Numbered from the whole stretch's first letter, positions 37,130 to 51,501 are shown. The stretch is DNA of 63,982 nt, filler included, from Octopus bimaculoides (GCF_001194135.2; 5 parts of 3 records of this genome joined end to end with filler, not necessarily neighbours in it), one strand, 5' to 3'. Made by a program: numbers and translations. Notes: generated by a model from the sequence alone, not told the origin.

Positions 37130-38255
37130 AGAAGCAATGCATGGATATGTTAGTAGAAAGCTCCATGATGATAGCAACATTGATAATCAAAATAGTCTGC
37201 CATGGACTAACAACTGGATCACTCTTACTTTAAAGGGCATGCATTTGCAATCCAGGAACAGAAAATAATCTACAAAATTACTGATGCACAAAAGGTACAG
37301 AGATGTACGGACAACATAGAGAGGCAGGCTTTGCATAGTTAACACCAAAGATATCACCTACATCACAAGCAGTCATCCAAAAGTTTCATCACATCATTAT
37401 CAAACAATGAGACATGGTATTGTGGCCAAAACACTGTACAATGAGTCATTGGAAGGATAATCCTAAGACTAAAGATATAAGAATCTACAGTCAGTGGAGA
37501 TTATGGAGATTACAAGTGGGATATCCCTATTAAAATCTCAATAAAACAGATATAATGATTTGGGACATAGAAGTGAAACTATGTACAGTCATGGAAGTCA
37601 GTTGCTCAGTAGATGTGAAAAGAAAATGCCTATGCTGAACTATTGAAAAATTTACAGATACTCCACCCAGAGTACATGTTTAGATTTGTGTTGGCACTCC
37701 GTCGCTTACGACGTCGAGGATTCCAGTTGATCCGATCAGCGGAACAGCCTGCTTGTGAAATTAATGTGCAAGTGGCTGAGCACTCCACAGACACGTATAC
37801 CCTTAACGTAGTTCTCAGGGATATTCAGCGTGACACAGTGTGCCAAGGCTGGCCCTTTGAATTACAGGTACAACAGAAACAGGAAGAAAGAGTGAGAGAA
37901 AGTTGTGGTGGAAGAGTACAACAGGGTTCGCCACCATCCCCTGCCGGAGCCTCGTGGAGCTTTAGGTGTTTTCGCTCAATAAACACTCACAACGCCCGGT
38001 CTGGGAATCGAAACCGTGATCCTATGACCGCGAGTCCGCTGCCCTAACCATTGGGCCATTGCGCCTCCACACAAGTTTAGATTTATACCCAGAATTATTA
38101 GCACACTTTGATATGTAACCAACTGGCTCGGCATCAATCCTGATGAAATTAAGGTTCTCAAAACCAGAAAGAAGAAACCTAATTAGAAGGTTACAAATAC
38201 AAGCCATCACTGGAACAGTCAAAATCTATAAAACTATATATAAGAAAAGAAATTT
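37130..38255 (+). mobile_element. RLE-type non-LTR retrotransposon (NeSL/R4-like) C-terminal fragment split by a SINE
   Basis: GYVSRKLH...AFAIQEQ...RHGIVAKTLYNE...WDIPIK...DIMIWDIEVKLCTVMEVSC...YAELLKNLQILHPEYMFRF, then after the SINE F IP.IISTL...RRLQIQAITGTVKIYKT. Confidence 0.7.
37688..38070 (-). mobile_element. Full-length tRNA-derived SINE with a target-site duplication
   Basis: Head GGCGCAATGGCCCAATGGTTAGGGCAGCGGACTCGCGG...GGTTTCGATTCCC. Flanked by GTTTAGATTT at 37678-37687 and 38075-38084. Confidence 0.9.
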
Positions 38256-38590
38256 GGCAGACATGGAAGAAATCTCTCAATATAAGAAAACAAAACTTCT
38301 GGAAAGCATATAAATGCGAAAAATATGCCGAAACACACTCAGAATGAATTTCCTTAACGGCACCCATACTTCCTCGGAAGTACCTAATTAAAGAAATTAG
38401 AGGAGAACCAGAGGAAGAAACAAAACTCCGATGGGATCTCGCATTAACAAAATTCAGGACCGACATTTCTATCACCCTGTCTAAACAATCCCGTTATAAA
38501 ACCAAATATGAAGCAATCGACAGTCTTATTGAAGAAGAAATATCAAAACTAGCAACTGGCAATGTAGAAGAAAAAATGCGCGAACTATGG
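38255..38590 (+). pseudogene. Protein-like reading frame with one stop, probably a retroelement ORF fragment, unclassified
   Basis: IRKEIWQTWKKSLNIRKQNFWKAYKCEKYAETHSE*ISLTAPILPRKYLIKEIRGEPEEETKLRWDLALTKFRTDISITLSKQSRYKTKYEAIDSLIEEEISKLATGNVEEKMRELW, running into a gap. Confidence 0.5.
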
Positions 38591-38690
38591 NNNNNNNNNN
38601 NNNNNNNNNNNNNNNNNNNNNNNNNNNNNNNNNNTTAATTAATTAANNNNNNNNNNNNNNNNNNNNNNNNNNNNNNNNNNNNNNNNNNNN

Positions 38691-39680
38691 TATTATTATT
38701 ATTATTATTATTATTCAGTAGTTTTATTTTTATAACGTGTTTTCCCTTCACTACCCAGTGCAGCTCTGTGTGCCTTAATTTGATGCTCTTATGGTTACTG
38801 TATTGAAAGTGTTTTGCGTAGGATGTGTGCAGTGCCCAGTAGTGCAATTTTCTGTATGTTATAAATATTTGTAAGTCCTGGTGCTTTTGTTATCGATATT
38901 TTTTTATCATACTTAATGCGCCCACTATGATAGGAATTGTCTGTTTTTAGATTCCACAAACGAATTACCTCTATTTCCAGGTCTTTGTATTTTGAAAGTT
39001 TCTCCATTTCTTTTAGAGAAACGTTGTCATCTGCTGGTATTGATACATCAATTAGAAAGCATTTTTTTCTTCATGATCTCTGACAACTATATCTGGCCTA
39101 TTGGCCTTAATTTATCTGTGTGTATTGGCATATCCCAGAGTATACTTGCTTTCTCGTTTTCTGTGACCTTTTCTGGCGTGTGCTTATACCATCTTTTTTC
39201 TGTTGTAATTCCATAGTGTTGGCATAGCTTCCAGTATATGTAGGTCCCAGCTTTGTCATGTCTGTGAATATATTCCTTCTTAGTCAGGACTGGGCGGCTA
39301 GAGATAATATGATTTATTGTTTCTTCTCTATCTCCACATATTTTGCAGTTACTTGTTATGTTTCTTTTCATTATGTGCTTTTGGTAATTTCTGGCTGGGA
39401 GGCTTTGGTCTTGTGCTGCAATTAAAAATCCTTCAGTCTCTGCTTTGAGTCCTGAGCTTTTCAACCATTGCTGGGATTTTCTCTGTCTATTTCTTTTGCA
39501 TTTAGTTTAGCCCAGTATTTGCCATGAAGGGGCTTTTCTTGCTATCGTTTTATCATGGCCCGTTGTTGTTCAGTTTTAGTTATCTGGTATCAACTTTTCG
39601 TCTGTACACTTTCCATATATTTCTTTATAGAATCTCTTATGATCTATTCTGAATAACCTATGCTGCTGGTATCCCTTCAT
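38691..39680 (-). mobile_element. R4/Dong-like non-LTR retrotransposon 3' end (CCHC zinc knuckle plus restriction-like endonuclease) with a (TAA)n tail
   Basis: KPLHGKYW...GLKAETEGFLIAAQDQSL...CKICGDREETINHIISS...RHDKAGTYIYWKLC...ILWDMPIHTDK...ANRPDIVV...LIDVSIP...KLSKYKDLEIEV...KIALLGTAHILRKTLS*. Confidence 0.93.
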
Positions 39681-39694
39681 AATATTATTATTAT

Positions 39695-40140
39695 TGAGTG
39701 AGAGAGCAGTGCATTCCATCAAGGTGACACTGGGGTACAAATATACAAAGCCCAGTAATACCCATCATGATTAATTGTTTGATAAAGGTGAACCAGGCAC
39801 ATGCATTACAACCATACATGGGTGACATGATTTATGTCATATCAAGATAAACAGTATATGACTTTACAGGTGGGGGTCCAGTGAGGATTGTCACCATGTC
39901 GAGTAGCACATTCCGCTCAATAAGGGTTGTTTAAGGGTGATGAACGAAATACCCATGTTTCAAGCCCCAAAGAATTCCTCTCAACACGTGGTTATGATGC
40001 TCCCACATTACTTCTGCTCGTGATTAAAGATGCACGTATCGTCAGCCACTAAAGGATATGCTCAACTGGTCAAGGTCAAGCAACAGACAAGGTTATCTGT
40101 GGTACTCAGCAGTATATTTGCTGCAGCTCATCTTTTATAC
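39695..40140 (+). mobile_element. Second copy of the about 400-bp repeat at 21290-21680
   Basis: Visual alignment of shared blocks. Confidence 0.8.
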
Positions 40141-40822
40141 CAAAGCAAAACATGATTTTTATTATTATTATTTACTGGGTGGAAAAAAGGATCATTTGCA
40201 CATGCAGAAGAAAACCATGGGCAGTGATTCAAAAGTATCTCAAACACAACCAGCAGGTATTTGTCTTTTGTGTGGTGGTGGTTGTGTGCCAGATTATATT
40301 CTCTAATGATTTTCCTCTTTCCTTACTTAAGAGAGTAGACCATATGGAAGGAGGGGATTAGATTGCTGTATTTAGGAAGTATAGCTATAGTGTAGAGGCT
40401 CCCTTAGATTGTGTAACCAATACTGTTACACGGAACATGTATGTCCTTCTGTAGACATAGCAGATGCCGAAGGTCATCAAACAGAAGTCGTGACATAATT
40501 TCAGTTTCTCATTGTAAGACATTTTATTTTGGTTGCTTGCGTCCACGGGAAAGGCATATACGTCTCTCTATCTCTTTCTCTATTGTTTAAAAATTATTCT
40601 GTCCTTTTGTAAAGGAAAATCAATATTTCCAAAAATTCGCTTTGACCTTTTCAGCACAGAAATCAATATTTAAAAAATCTTATTTGACCTTTTCGTCACA
40701 GAAAAGTAAAGTAAACAAAAACGAACAAAACCAGATGAATACTAATGAATCAACATGGACAAAAAATGCGAACACACATACACTCACACACACACACAGA
40801 CGCGCACACATACATACACACA

Positions 40823-40854
<32 letters not shown>

Positions 40855-40973
40855 GACGTGTGCTTGCATAATAAACATACGGCGCAGGCACGCGTTTGTA
40901 TGAATGTTATTTGTGCGCCTGAAAATACATTTGCAGTGCATTAATAGGAAAAAAATATGCATGTGTTCGCGTG

Positions 40974-41054
<81 letters not shown>

Positions 41055-41450
41055 GGTGAAAGATAGAACTCAAAATATGATGATACATATTTTTATTAAA
41101 ATTTAGCAGAAGCAACAAGGCCATGCTATATATATATATATATGTAAGGTTAGCTGAGTTAGAGGTTAAAATAACCGTCTAAGGGATAGAAGTATCCATT
41201 ATACGACTGGTATATTACCTATGTTTAACCATAAATTATAGATAAAGACAAGGATAAAACACGAGATAATCATGAATCAAAATTTAAAGAAAACAGAAAA
41301 TGGAGAAATATTGATGAACAACAATTGACTTGCATCAATTATTATTTATTAATATAAGTCAATTGTTTTCATCAATATTTCGCCATTTTCTTTCTTTATA
41401 TATATATATCTATATATATATATGTGTGTGTGTGCGTGTGTGTGTGTGTG

Positions 41451-41494
<44 letters not shown>

Positions 41495-41767
41495 TTGATG
41501 TTTGTTCTTATGTTGTAATAGAAACAATTCTACATTAAACTGAAGGATTACTCGATGTATTTGGTAGGGTGCTACAATATTCTTTATCAAGAATTGTGTC
41601 GACAGTGACTCCGTAGTTTATACACACACACGTTCTACTATAGGCGTACAAAGTCTGAACTTTTGGGGGAGGGGTCAAGTCGATTGCATCGACTCCAGTG
41701 CTTGACGGGTACTTACCCTTATCTACCCCGAAATGCTGAAGGACAAAGTCGGTAAAATTTGAACTCA

Positions 41768-41798
<31 letters not shown>

Positions 41799-41978
41799 NN
41801 NNNNNNNNNNNNNNNNNNNNNNNNNNNNNNNNNNNNNNNNNNNNNNNNNNNNNNNNNNNNNNNNNNNNNNNNNNNNNNNNNNNNNNNNNNNNNNNNNNNN
41901 NNNNNNNNNNNNNNNNNNNNNNNNNNNNNNNNNNNNNNNNNNNNNNNNNNNNNNNNNNNNNNNNNNNNNNNNNNNNNN

Positions 41979-42039
<61 letters not shown>

Positions 42040-42699
42040 ATGTACGTATGTCTATATAAGCGGGTGAGATAGAAAGAGAGAGAACGCGCAAAATTTTATA
42101 TTTTCTTCATTTCAAAAGATTATGTGAAATTTCCAATTAGAGTAGAGAATACTGGCGGCGTCCAGTTAAATATAGTTAAAATTATATTGTGAGCATAAAG
42201 CCCAAATGGCAATATCAAAAATTTCAATAAAATAGAAATTGAATTTAATGTATTTAATTCGTCCTTAGAAATAAAATTAATAACAGAAATTATTCAAAGT
42301 TTTAAAAATAACAATTTCCTTTGTGAATGAAACATTGAAATGTCTTGTTTATTCGGGCAAAAACAGAATCGAATGATTTAATTATACTTGAAAGTGTGTG
42401 TGTGGGGGGGAGTATAAACATACATGCACGCACATATTTATTTATATGGCTATATATATATAATATCATATAATACGCTGTAAGCATCCATGATCGATAA
42501 TATTTCGATTCTCTAACCAGTATTGAGTAGTCACAGTAAATTGAATGCCTAAAAAGCAATCAATTGCAAACACAGAGTAGAACAGTAACAAATTTTAAGT
42601 GCAGCACAAAAGATAGTGCTGCAGCTGGCATGGTTGCAAACATAACTAAGCCATACACACCCTCACACGAGACCACCACAAATAATAAGACCCAGGATG

Positions 42700-44310
42700 G
42701 CCACTTATGCCGCCAAGCCGACCATCACGCCAATTCTGATTAACATCAGGGTCATCCTAGTACAAAACAACAGTAGATGCAACATTGCGTATGTGAGGGA
42801 TCTTTCTGCATGCAATCAAGCAACATGCATTGCACTTAAGGAAATACATCTGTCTGCAAATATAAATAATGCAGATACACATACCAATGTATACCAGGAA
42901 AGCAAGAAGTCACTGTGGAGCTACGTTGTACATTTGTAAAGATCTAACGTCACTAAACTTGTTGTCACCTTCAACCTCGGTCTGTGACTCACTCGTAGTG
43001 CATTTAAAGCAACTTGATGTGCTAATATATGCACATTATATCGACCCCACCCCCGATGCTTCCTATCATGATGGTAAACTTAAAGAAAGTCTTAAAGTGA
43101 TTTAAAGAAAAAAAGTACTAAAAAACTTGATCAACGCAGCAATGTACTGCTGATGGGTGGCTTCAGCTTGCCCAACTCTGATGGCCGGAAAGCTACATAA
43201 TCTTAGGAATGACCTGCAGAACGTAATCAAGCAGAATCTCTGCTTGATCTCACGAAAATGAGGTTCATGGTGCAAATCATACTTTCTCCAACAGCTTCAC
43301 TAACAATATGAAACTTATCCACAATGTGAAGTTATCACCGACAGTCTTCTTAGACCATTACATGACAGGATTACGATATAAAGCATTCATATCAATAACG
43401 CAGCCATGTGCGTTAAATTTGTACAGACCCCAGAAGGAAAAGTGAAGTGCTACATAAGCAATTCCAAAGTATTTTCACCTCTCCACTGGGAAATAAACAA
43501 ATAACCAAACTTGATGAGTTCTTCAACAACGCTTATTTACATAGATAGGAGGCAACAATCAATTACATCGACATAAAGGAGAAAGATGTAATATCGGCCA
43601 TGAACGAGTTGAACACATGCTCAGCAACGGCCTAGATGGATTTCCAGCTGATCTTTTAAAGACATGCAAGAAAGCTCTTGCAAAACCATTAAAGATGCTT
43701 TTTCAGAGTTTCCTTGCATGAGGTAAACTTGCCAAAATATTTTTTAAAAAAAGGTATGATATGACCTGTCCATGAAAGAGGAAGCAGAGCAAATGCTAAA
43801 AATTACAGGCCTATTTCTCTGACCTCACATGTTAGCAAGGTCATGTATTGCATTGACAGAGGTGACTGATCGTGTTCCTGAAATAAAACAACTTGCTCAC
43901 AAACACACTTCAAGGCATTCGCCCTGGGATGAACTAACTCACGCGACTACTACAGCATTACGACTGGGTACTGAAACAAAAGCTCAACAACTCGAATGTG
44001 GATGTCATATACCTCGACTCTGCCAAGGCTTTCGACAAAGTTGATCATGGGATGATATGTTACAAGCTGCGTGATCGTGGTATCACTAGAAAACTAGGAG
44101 AGTGGCTGAATGATTTTTAAAAGGCAGAAGTCAAACAATTGCAGCCAATGTTGCTCTCTCTGAGGAACCGCGTATTCTCAGCGGAGTCCCTCAGCGAACT
44201 GTATTTGACCCACTTCTGCTTATGGTGGTTCTCTTAGACGTACCTTCAACCATACAGTCAAGCACTTTCATTAACTATGCTGATGATACAAAAGTAGCAC
44301 AAGCGGTCGA
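42700..44310 (+). mobile_element. CR1-clade LINE ORF2, degenerate (RT domain clear from about 43570)
   Basis: DGFPADLLKTCKKALAKPL...NYRPISLTSHVSK...VDVIYLD.AKAFDKVDHG...SGVPQ.TV...YADDTK, with many stops and frameshifts. Confidence 0.88.
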
Positions 44311-44589
44311 GATTTGTGAGGCGTAGATGAGGAAGTTTTCGAAGAACGTCTGGACAAATTTTAATCGAAGACTCCAAACGAACCCACGTTGCAGTACGAG
44401 GTACAAAGAAGAGCAGCTCCGTCCAATTCGCGACTTGACCAAAAATAATAGAGAAAAGAAACCCAATCACTAAAAGGCAGCGCCCCAGCATGACCTCCAC
44501 TTCTGTTCCGGCTGAAACCAGTAAAAGATAAAAGATGTGTGTGTGTGTGTGTGTGTTTGTATACACACACACATATACGAGATTAAGTA

Positions 44590-45200
44590 AAAATTATACG
44601 CACTCTTGATCCTGTAATTTATTAAAACATAAGTAAAGGTTGATCAGTTATACCATTTTTAGACATAGCCCCCTTGTATTTCGATGCACTTCTCCCAGCA
44701 GTCTTCAAGCTTGCTTATTTCATTGGAGAACGTTTTCGGTTGGTTGCACAGCCATTCACACACCGCCTCCTGCGCTTCTTCGTCCATAGCAAATCGATAA
44801 ACTCGTAAAGCATTCAGAGAGATGAAACTCGAAAGAGCCAAGATCTTGACTGTATGCAAAGGTTGTCGTGGTTGATTTCGCACACAGAACCAGGACTCAT
44901 TTGCAGAGAACATGCCATCTCATCGACGCTCGCTCGCCGGATCACCAGAACTATCTCTCTCCCCCTTCGTGTCTCATGCTTGTCCGGCCATTTCAAACTT
45001 CTCGATCAACTCATACACACTACGCGATAGTGTGATATTCCCAAAGCCTGCGATGAATTTCAGCCGCTGACACACCTTTAGACCAGAGAAATCGGATCAG
45101 TGATTTCTGCTCTTCCTTAGGGCACATTGCCAGAGGCCATGTTTATTCTATAACACAGGGGAAAAAATAAAACTAGAGCAATCAAGTTCAAACGTTGGTG
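44590..45200 (-). mobile_element. Internally deleted mariner element
   Basis: N-terminal EQKSLIRFLWSKGVSAAEIHRRL and C-terminal AQEAVCEWLCNQPKTF...WEKCIEIQGGYV are separated by only about 300 nt. Confidence 0.8.
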
Positions 45201-45579
45201 ACGTAATCACAAGAGTACCACCTTTTAGCAGTTCGAAACTTGAAGTCATTTGCTTATGAAGTTTCTGAAAGCAATAAGGAAAACAGAAACGATCTAAAAC
45301 CAAAGTTTTCCAACCCTTTTGAAGCCGGACGAAATACCACTAAGCATATTACCTTGGCTTGCTAACGATTCTGCTAGCTCGCCGCCTGAGCTCGCATTTT
45401 CCCAAAATGTACGCTCATGAATTTAACGATTTTTATATCTCTTTCTTTTAAGAACAGCTTGATGTATTAGTGAAAAAATTGACGGCTTTGGAAAGCATAA
45501 AGATTAAAGCCGTAGTTGAGAAAAAATTAGCTGAGATGGTGAGCTGGAAGTCATCTGAATATTAGAAAAGCGTTACATG

Positions 45580-46296
45580 TACTATGATGACTCGCATTCG
45601 GTGTCAAAACGCCGACACTACGATTGCTGCTTTATGCGCCGTGAACACTGTTGAGGCTGTAAGACGTGACACAGACATCATGAAAACCGAGTTCCCTCAA
45701 ACTGTAATGGCCTTTCGGTGTGTCTCCAGTGAGGATGACGTCATGCCGCCCCACATCTTTGAAGTGTGCCTTAGGCTCAATTCAGACGGCTATGTGGAGA
45801 AGCTGCTGGAGACTGTGGTCAATCTCTGGCTGATGAGGGTTGCTGCTGGAAGGCCATATGTGTGGCAACAAGATCCGGCCCCTTGCCATGCCCCCGGAAT
45901 GAGTTAGAAGTGGTTGTCGGAGAATTTCTACGACTTCTCCAGGCCCAATTTCTGATCGAATTCTCCCGATTGTAATCCTATGGATTACTATGTGCAGGGC
46001 ACGGTTAAGAAAGACAACAACCGCTCTACCTGCAACAAGGCCGAGATGGTGGCCAAAATGAAGGAGGTGTCCGAATATCTTCCCATAGACACAGTGAAGA
46101 ACGCATGCGCCAGGTTGCGGAGCCGCCTTGAGTCTGTGGTGAGAGCTAAAGGTATTTACTTTGAGTTACCTATTATCCCCTAGCAAATAATCTAGTTCAT
46201 ATTTTTTTGCTTTCTTAAAATAAGTTTATTTTTGGATGGGATGTTGTGTTTCCCTTTCTTTTAATGCAAGCTGTCGAATTCTGCCCGAACACCTTG
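45580..46296 (+). mobile_element. maT/DD37D-like transposase C-terminal half with the right TIR
   Basis: MKTEFPQTVMAFRCVSSEDDVMPPHIF...RVAAGRPYVWQQDPAPCH...NSPDCNPMDYYV...RSRLESVVRAKG. Ends ...CCCGAACACCTTG TA. Confidence 0.85.
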
Positions 46297-48714
46297 TAAA
46301 TGACTATCGTGAGCGAATGTTTTATATTAGCTATACATTGATTTTATTTTACAACTAGAATACTTACATTTTCGTGTGTAAGATATGGGAAAATAATATC
46401 TATAACAAAAGCTGATTGCAGGCATGACCGAATGCTTATGAAGTCAGTATTGTAATCGTGTAGTCCTGACTTCGATTTCTCTTCGAGGAATCTTAAGCAA
46501 GTGTTATCTTCCATATAACGCTTCAATTGATCTCAAGTATTGTGAGTGAAATTGTTTTGATGGAAGCGGTGTATCAAAGCCTGTCAAAGGAACTGTACAT
46601 GTGATTAAGAAGCGCCGCTCTTGTTACATGCTGTATCACGTCTGCGTAGAACAGGCTGTTGAATAGAAAACCACATGCACTATAATTTACTTAGTTCCGT
46701 TGATCGATTACCTGAAACATTCATAGCCGAAACCGACGAAAGATTCACACTGAAAGCATGATGTCTATAACTCAATCGCTGACTCGGAATTAAAGTTTTT
46801 TTTTCTTTATATACAATGTTCTCGATAGTATATACAAGGTGTTAGTTGAAAAGGAAACAGTCTCTCTGGATTTTATGTTCATCGTTGTTCTGAATATAAT
46901 CTTTCTCATGTTGCTCCTTTGTGATATTTTTTATTATTCTATGTCAAAGTCGCTGTCTTCCTCATAAACTCAAGAGAAATCCGTAGAGACTTAGAGGTGA
47001 ATAAGGGTAGCAGGAAAATGCTATACGTTTTCCATCACACTCCAGTTGCTTTCCTTAAAATATATATATGACCATATGCACTCAAGAAGGACGTAATAAG
47101 CAAATCAATCTAGTGCTTGTTAGATATGCATAAAGACGGAATAGTCAAGGCCGGAATGCATTTTGGTGATAAGTCTATTCAATGAGGGCTAATCTGGGAC
47201 TTAAAAGCAACTCGACAAGATTGAAAAAGAATTCCAGACATTCAATATTGTCATTTCTTTTTCTTACCCCAAAAATCTGGTGACGTAGGATGGTAAATTT
47301 GCCCCTTATCATTGTAATGGAATTCATTCGTGGAGCGAATTATTCTTGTGTATTTCCGTTTACCTCGGCTATTTTACCCTCGATAAAAGAAAGTCTGACG
47401 TTTAAGGGCTGTTAACACTTGTTGCTTCTAGAACTATCAATCACCAGTGAACCTATTATATTTATTAATCTTATGGCCTGTTCTTTCGTTTGGCAGAACA
47501 AAATAGAAAAGGCACTATCAACAACATTTCATCCGCAAAAAAAAAAAAAAAAATTGCTTCAGCAATAATGACGTTTTATCTCAGGTTTTGGAGAACTTCG
47601 AGGCAAAAGTAACTTTTCTATAAGACCTATCAATTCTCATCAAACCAGAGCAGTTTCAGGAGAATGATGATGCCAACTTCAGGTAGAGTTTATTTGACAA
47701 TCCTATTAACCCTGGCAGGATGTGACTACATTGGCTGTGATGAACTTTGCTGTCAATTTATGCATTACAACGACATTTGGTTGGCTCACATACAACAGTA
47801 TTGAGTCTGAAATCAACTAAGATTCGCATATCAATTTGGCTTAATACGTAATAGTTTAATTATTGCCGACAAACGTGAAAAAAAATGCTTTTTCTTTAAC
47901 GTATGAAGAGAGAATTTTTTAAAGTATAAAGTCTAAAACTAGTAGTTTTCTTGCAAAATATATTCGAGTGATTTATTGTCATTCTAACATTTCTAAAAAA
48001 TCGGTTTGTCTCCTCTATTGATTTTGGGCTCAGAAACTTGCAGAGAACAATATTTAAAGAGCAAAGGTTGGTTGAATTGTTATTAACTCAGCTCAGTTCC
48101 TTCACTTTAGATAATATGTACTTCTAGAGGTTTAAACTCTCAATTATCCTGTATCTTTCTTGTCCCTTTCTTTCTTTTTTCTCTGCATTCATAAAAGAAT
48201 GGAAAAGGAGATGAGAACATTCGAATGTTCTGTTTTTCTTTTCTCCACATCATTTCATGTCTAGTTTTCTTTTTTTCTCTAACGCTTTCATTTCCTTCTT
48301 TTTTATCTTTTTCTCCTTGATGTTATTCCAGCTTTGTTGAAATTGGTTTTATAAGATTCTTTCATGTACAAAGGTTCAGAAAAATAGATATTTTAAATAG
48401 CCGTTAGCTTAGAATACTAAATAACCAAGTTAGTCACTCGGTCTTTCTATTTTGTTAATTTTCCAGCTTTCTAATAGTAGCTTAACGAGTCGCTCCTTCT
48501 GTTCTCAAAGGTGAATCCAGATAGATTACACACAATAGTACGGACGAGTAGCTTGTTATGTACACTAAGCAGTAAATACACAACACCACATACATGCACA
48601 TACACCCATATTTATGTATATTCTGTTTGGTGGCCCGCGAAGCAGATAAAGCTATAACAATGTATAAATATTGCGTTAAAAAACACTTTGGACAGAAAAG
48701 GGTGAAGGCTGCCC

Positions 48715-48753
<39 letters not shown>

Positions 48754-49554
48754 TACATACATGTGTGTGTGTGCAAATCAGTTGATGAATTACTCATAGT
48801 TACACACATGAGAATTTCACATGCTTATTTTTACCAAATAAACAAATATCCCTGTCAAGGCCAATAAAAGAGCTATAATGTGATCCTTCAGACTGCTAAA
48901 AGTAGCAGCCAAATGTCACCAAGCATTGATCCTGTCTTTTTTTTTTTACACATCGAATATTATAGTTCGAGATAAGCTGTTTCTGACAAAATAAAAAAAA
49001 AGAAAAATGAATCGACATTGCTGGAACATTTTAATAATATATATGCTCGAATAGGGATGACTTAAGGTTAAACTGTAACTTAAACCAATATTACAAACTA
49101 TATGTAAAAAAAAAAAAGACAACCTAACCCTAACACGTATCATACTAGATTGTATTTTGTGGGTCGCCTTTTGTTTGAAACATAAAAAAAAAAAAAATTA
49201 CGAGTTTCAAAAAACATTTTTTCTTCAGTCAAAAGCAAAAATGTGTTTTTTCTTCTTTTTTTTCCACAAAAATAATTACTTAAGTCAGCTTTGTTTACAA
49301 CGTCTATTTTTATCATATCGATCTCAAAGATCCGAAAAATAGGATCGAACCCCGAGGAATAAAGATTTATTGAAAAAGTGGTGAATGTGAAATGTTTACT
49401 CTTATATTTAACTACTTAAACATTCACCATTAAGAACGCTTAAAATAAACTATTAGACTCATTGTAATCGCACAAAAAAACAAAAACAAAAAAAAACAAT
49501 ACATTCCACACACACAATGAAATCTAATTTCTGATTTCAATTTCTCCATTGCAG

Positions 49555-49700
49555 TTTGTTGTTCTGGCCGAATTCCAGATGAGCAGCGTCTTTACAGAGA
49601 TTTGATGACGGGTTATGAAAAATCTGTTCGTCCCGTCATAAATGCATCCACTATATTGTTAGTTCGCTTTGGTTTAAGATTAAACCAAATTGTTGACCTG
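49555..49700 (+). CDS. Nicotinic-type Cys-loop receptor alpha-like subunit, first visible exon (signal-peptide exon not identified)
   Basis: Acceptor ctccattgcag, donor ctg|gtatgt. 146 nt, phase 1/0: CCSGRIPDEQRLYRDLMTGYEKSVRPVINASTILLVRFGLRLNQIVDL. Not in the ORF track. Confidence 0.93.
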
Positions 49701-49814
49701 GTATGTTGAGAATCTCTTATGTTTGTTTTTGTCATTTCGTTTTTCAATACAGTGCCACATTCCCAATACAGAAGATATTATTGATTAAGTAGCACTTCAT
49801 GTTTGTGTGTTTCG

Positions 49815-49855
<41 letters not shown>

Positions 49856-51501
49856 ACACATATACACACATACACACACACACAACTTTGGAGTGTTAAT
49901 TTTGGAGTTTATTTACCCTATTGAGCTCATCCACAAGTACAGGCTAAAAGGCAAGACAGTAATCCAGAGACTGAAACAATTGTAAATTGATGCAGTAGAA
50001 AGACTTGCCTACACCATTCTTCTTGTTTGTAATCATATATTCATCGAAGAAGACAACTATTTCCTCTGATATGTATTTCTCATAAAAAAAAGGACATTTA
50101 ATTTGAATATATCAAAACTAAAAAGAGTTGGACAATAGGGTATCGGAATACTCGACGAAGGATAAAAGAGGTCGAAGGTTTGTACTGTGGTACCAACAAT
50201 ATGCAGTGTCACCTCTGCTAGTTAATAGAGAGCATAGCTTTGTTATAGTGGTAGCACTGTTTAATTAACAAGTGTTTTTTGTTTAACAAAGTTGGTTTGT
50301 TACAATCGCTATTGCATTGGAAAAAATGTCTTGTGACTCCTCGATGCAGCCTTTTGCGTCCCCCCCCCCCAATTCTTCCACTGTCGACTTTGTCCTTCTC
50401 TGTGCTCGTAACATAAAGTACGAGGGTTGAGTCGAATGAATTGACTGATACTAGTAGCTGACAAGCTTCTTCAAGTAGTGACAAAGTGACTGAAAATCGT
50501 ATCCAAATCGACATAGCGCTGCTTTTACGGTAGAGTAGTGTGTAAACTCAAACTAGTCACAGCATCACTATCAATGAGCAGCGTCTCAGGCATTATTAGT
50601 CTTGAAAGAAATAACGGTAGAACGTTTCGCACAAAAAACCAAGTTAGCAGAAAAAAAAAATTGTTAATTTACTCAGGTGAATCCAACTCCCAACATGAGT
50701 GAACTTAGATTAAACGCCCAAAATTTAATGTATGATAATTCTTTAATCCCGTTAAACCTTTTTATTGCAACTGTACGACAATCCAGAGTTAGTCTTGTAG
50801 CGGACTGGATGAAAGATGTGATATCAAATCGATATGATGTAGCGTGTAGATGTAACGCTTCAAAGTTCTCACATCGGAGTAACCAGTAAACATCGAAGAA
50901 TCAACACCAAGAAGGAAGAAATATTATTTGTATATGTTTATTCGTTTGCCCGACAGTTAGTTAAAGAGACAGTAGCAATTCTAGGGATAGTGACAACAAG
51001 GTTGGCTCGCTGGTTAATAGTTGATAGTGTAGGAAAAAGGTTGTCTGTCAGTAGAGAGTGAAAGAGTAAGGAATGCACGGTGCTGACTAGAAAGGAGGAA
51101 AGGATAGAGGTAGCATCGTCTTTCTTGCAGCCGAGGAAAGTGCTGCTCTTGGTCATGGCTGACTCAAAAGAGAGTGTTACTCTGTAAAACAATGGGAAAG
51201 CATCAGATTGTGGTTTAAATAATTTATTTAATTGACACCTCGCTCTTTATAACCCTATATACACGTTAAGATAAAATGTATATAATCCAATATACATGTC
51301 ACCTTATATTTTAAAAATACTTTTTACAGGTACTTATAAAATCACAGGGTGATCCCAGCTGGAACGCCTTTCAATTTAGCTCTGTTAGATACGCATGATC
51401 TCGGGTTGAACAATGACAACAACCAAAAGTATTATTTAGAAAGCTCCCATTTTAATTTTCTTTTTTTTTTTCCTAATTTATAATTTCTTTCTTCTTTCCA
51501 G

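Noticed and set aside
46870-46960. Hydrophobic ORF MFIVVLNIIFLMLLLCDIFLLFYVK as the receptor signal-peptide exon
   Set aside because: The only nearby GT gives phase 0 with a poor donor consensus, whereas exon 49555 needs phase 1.
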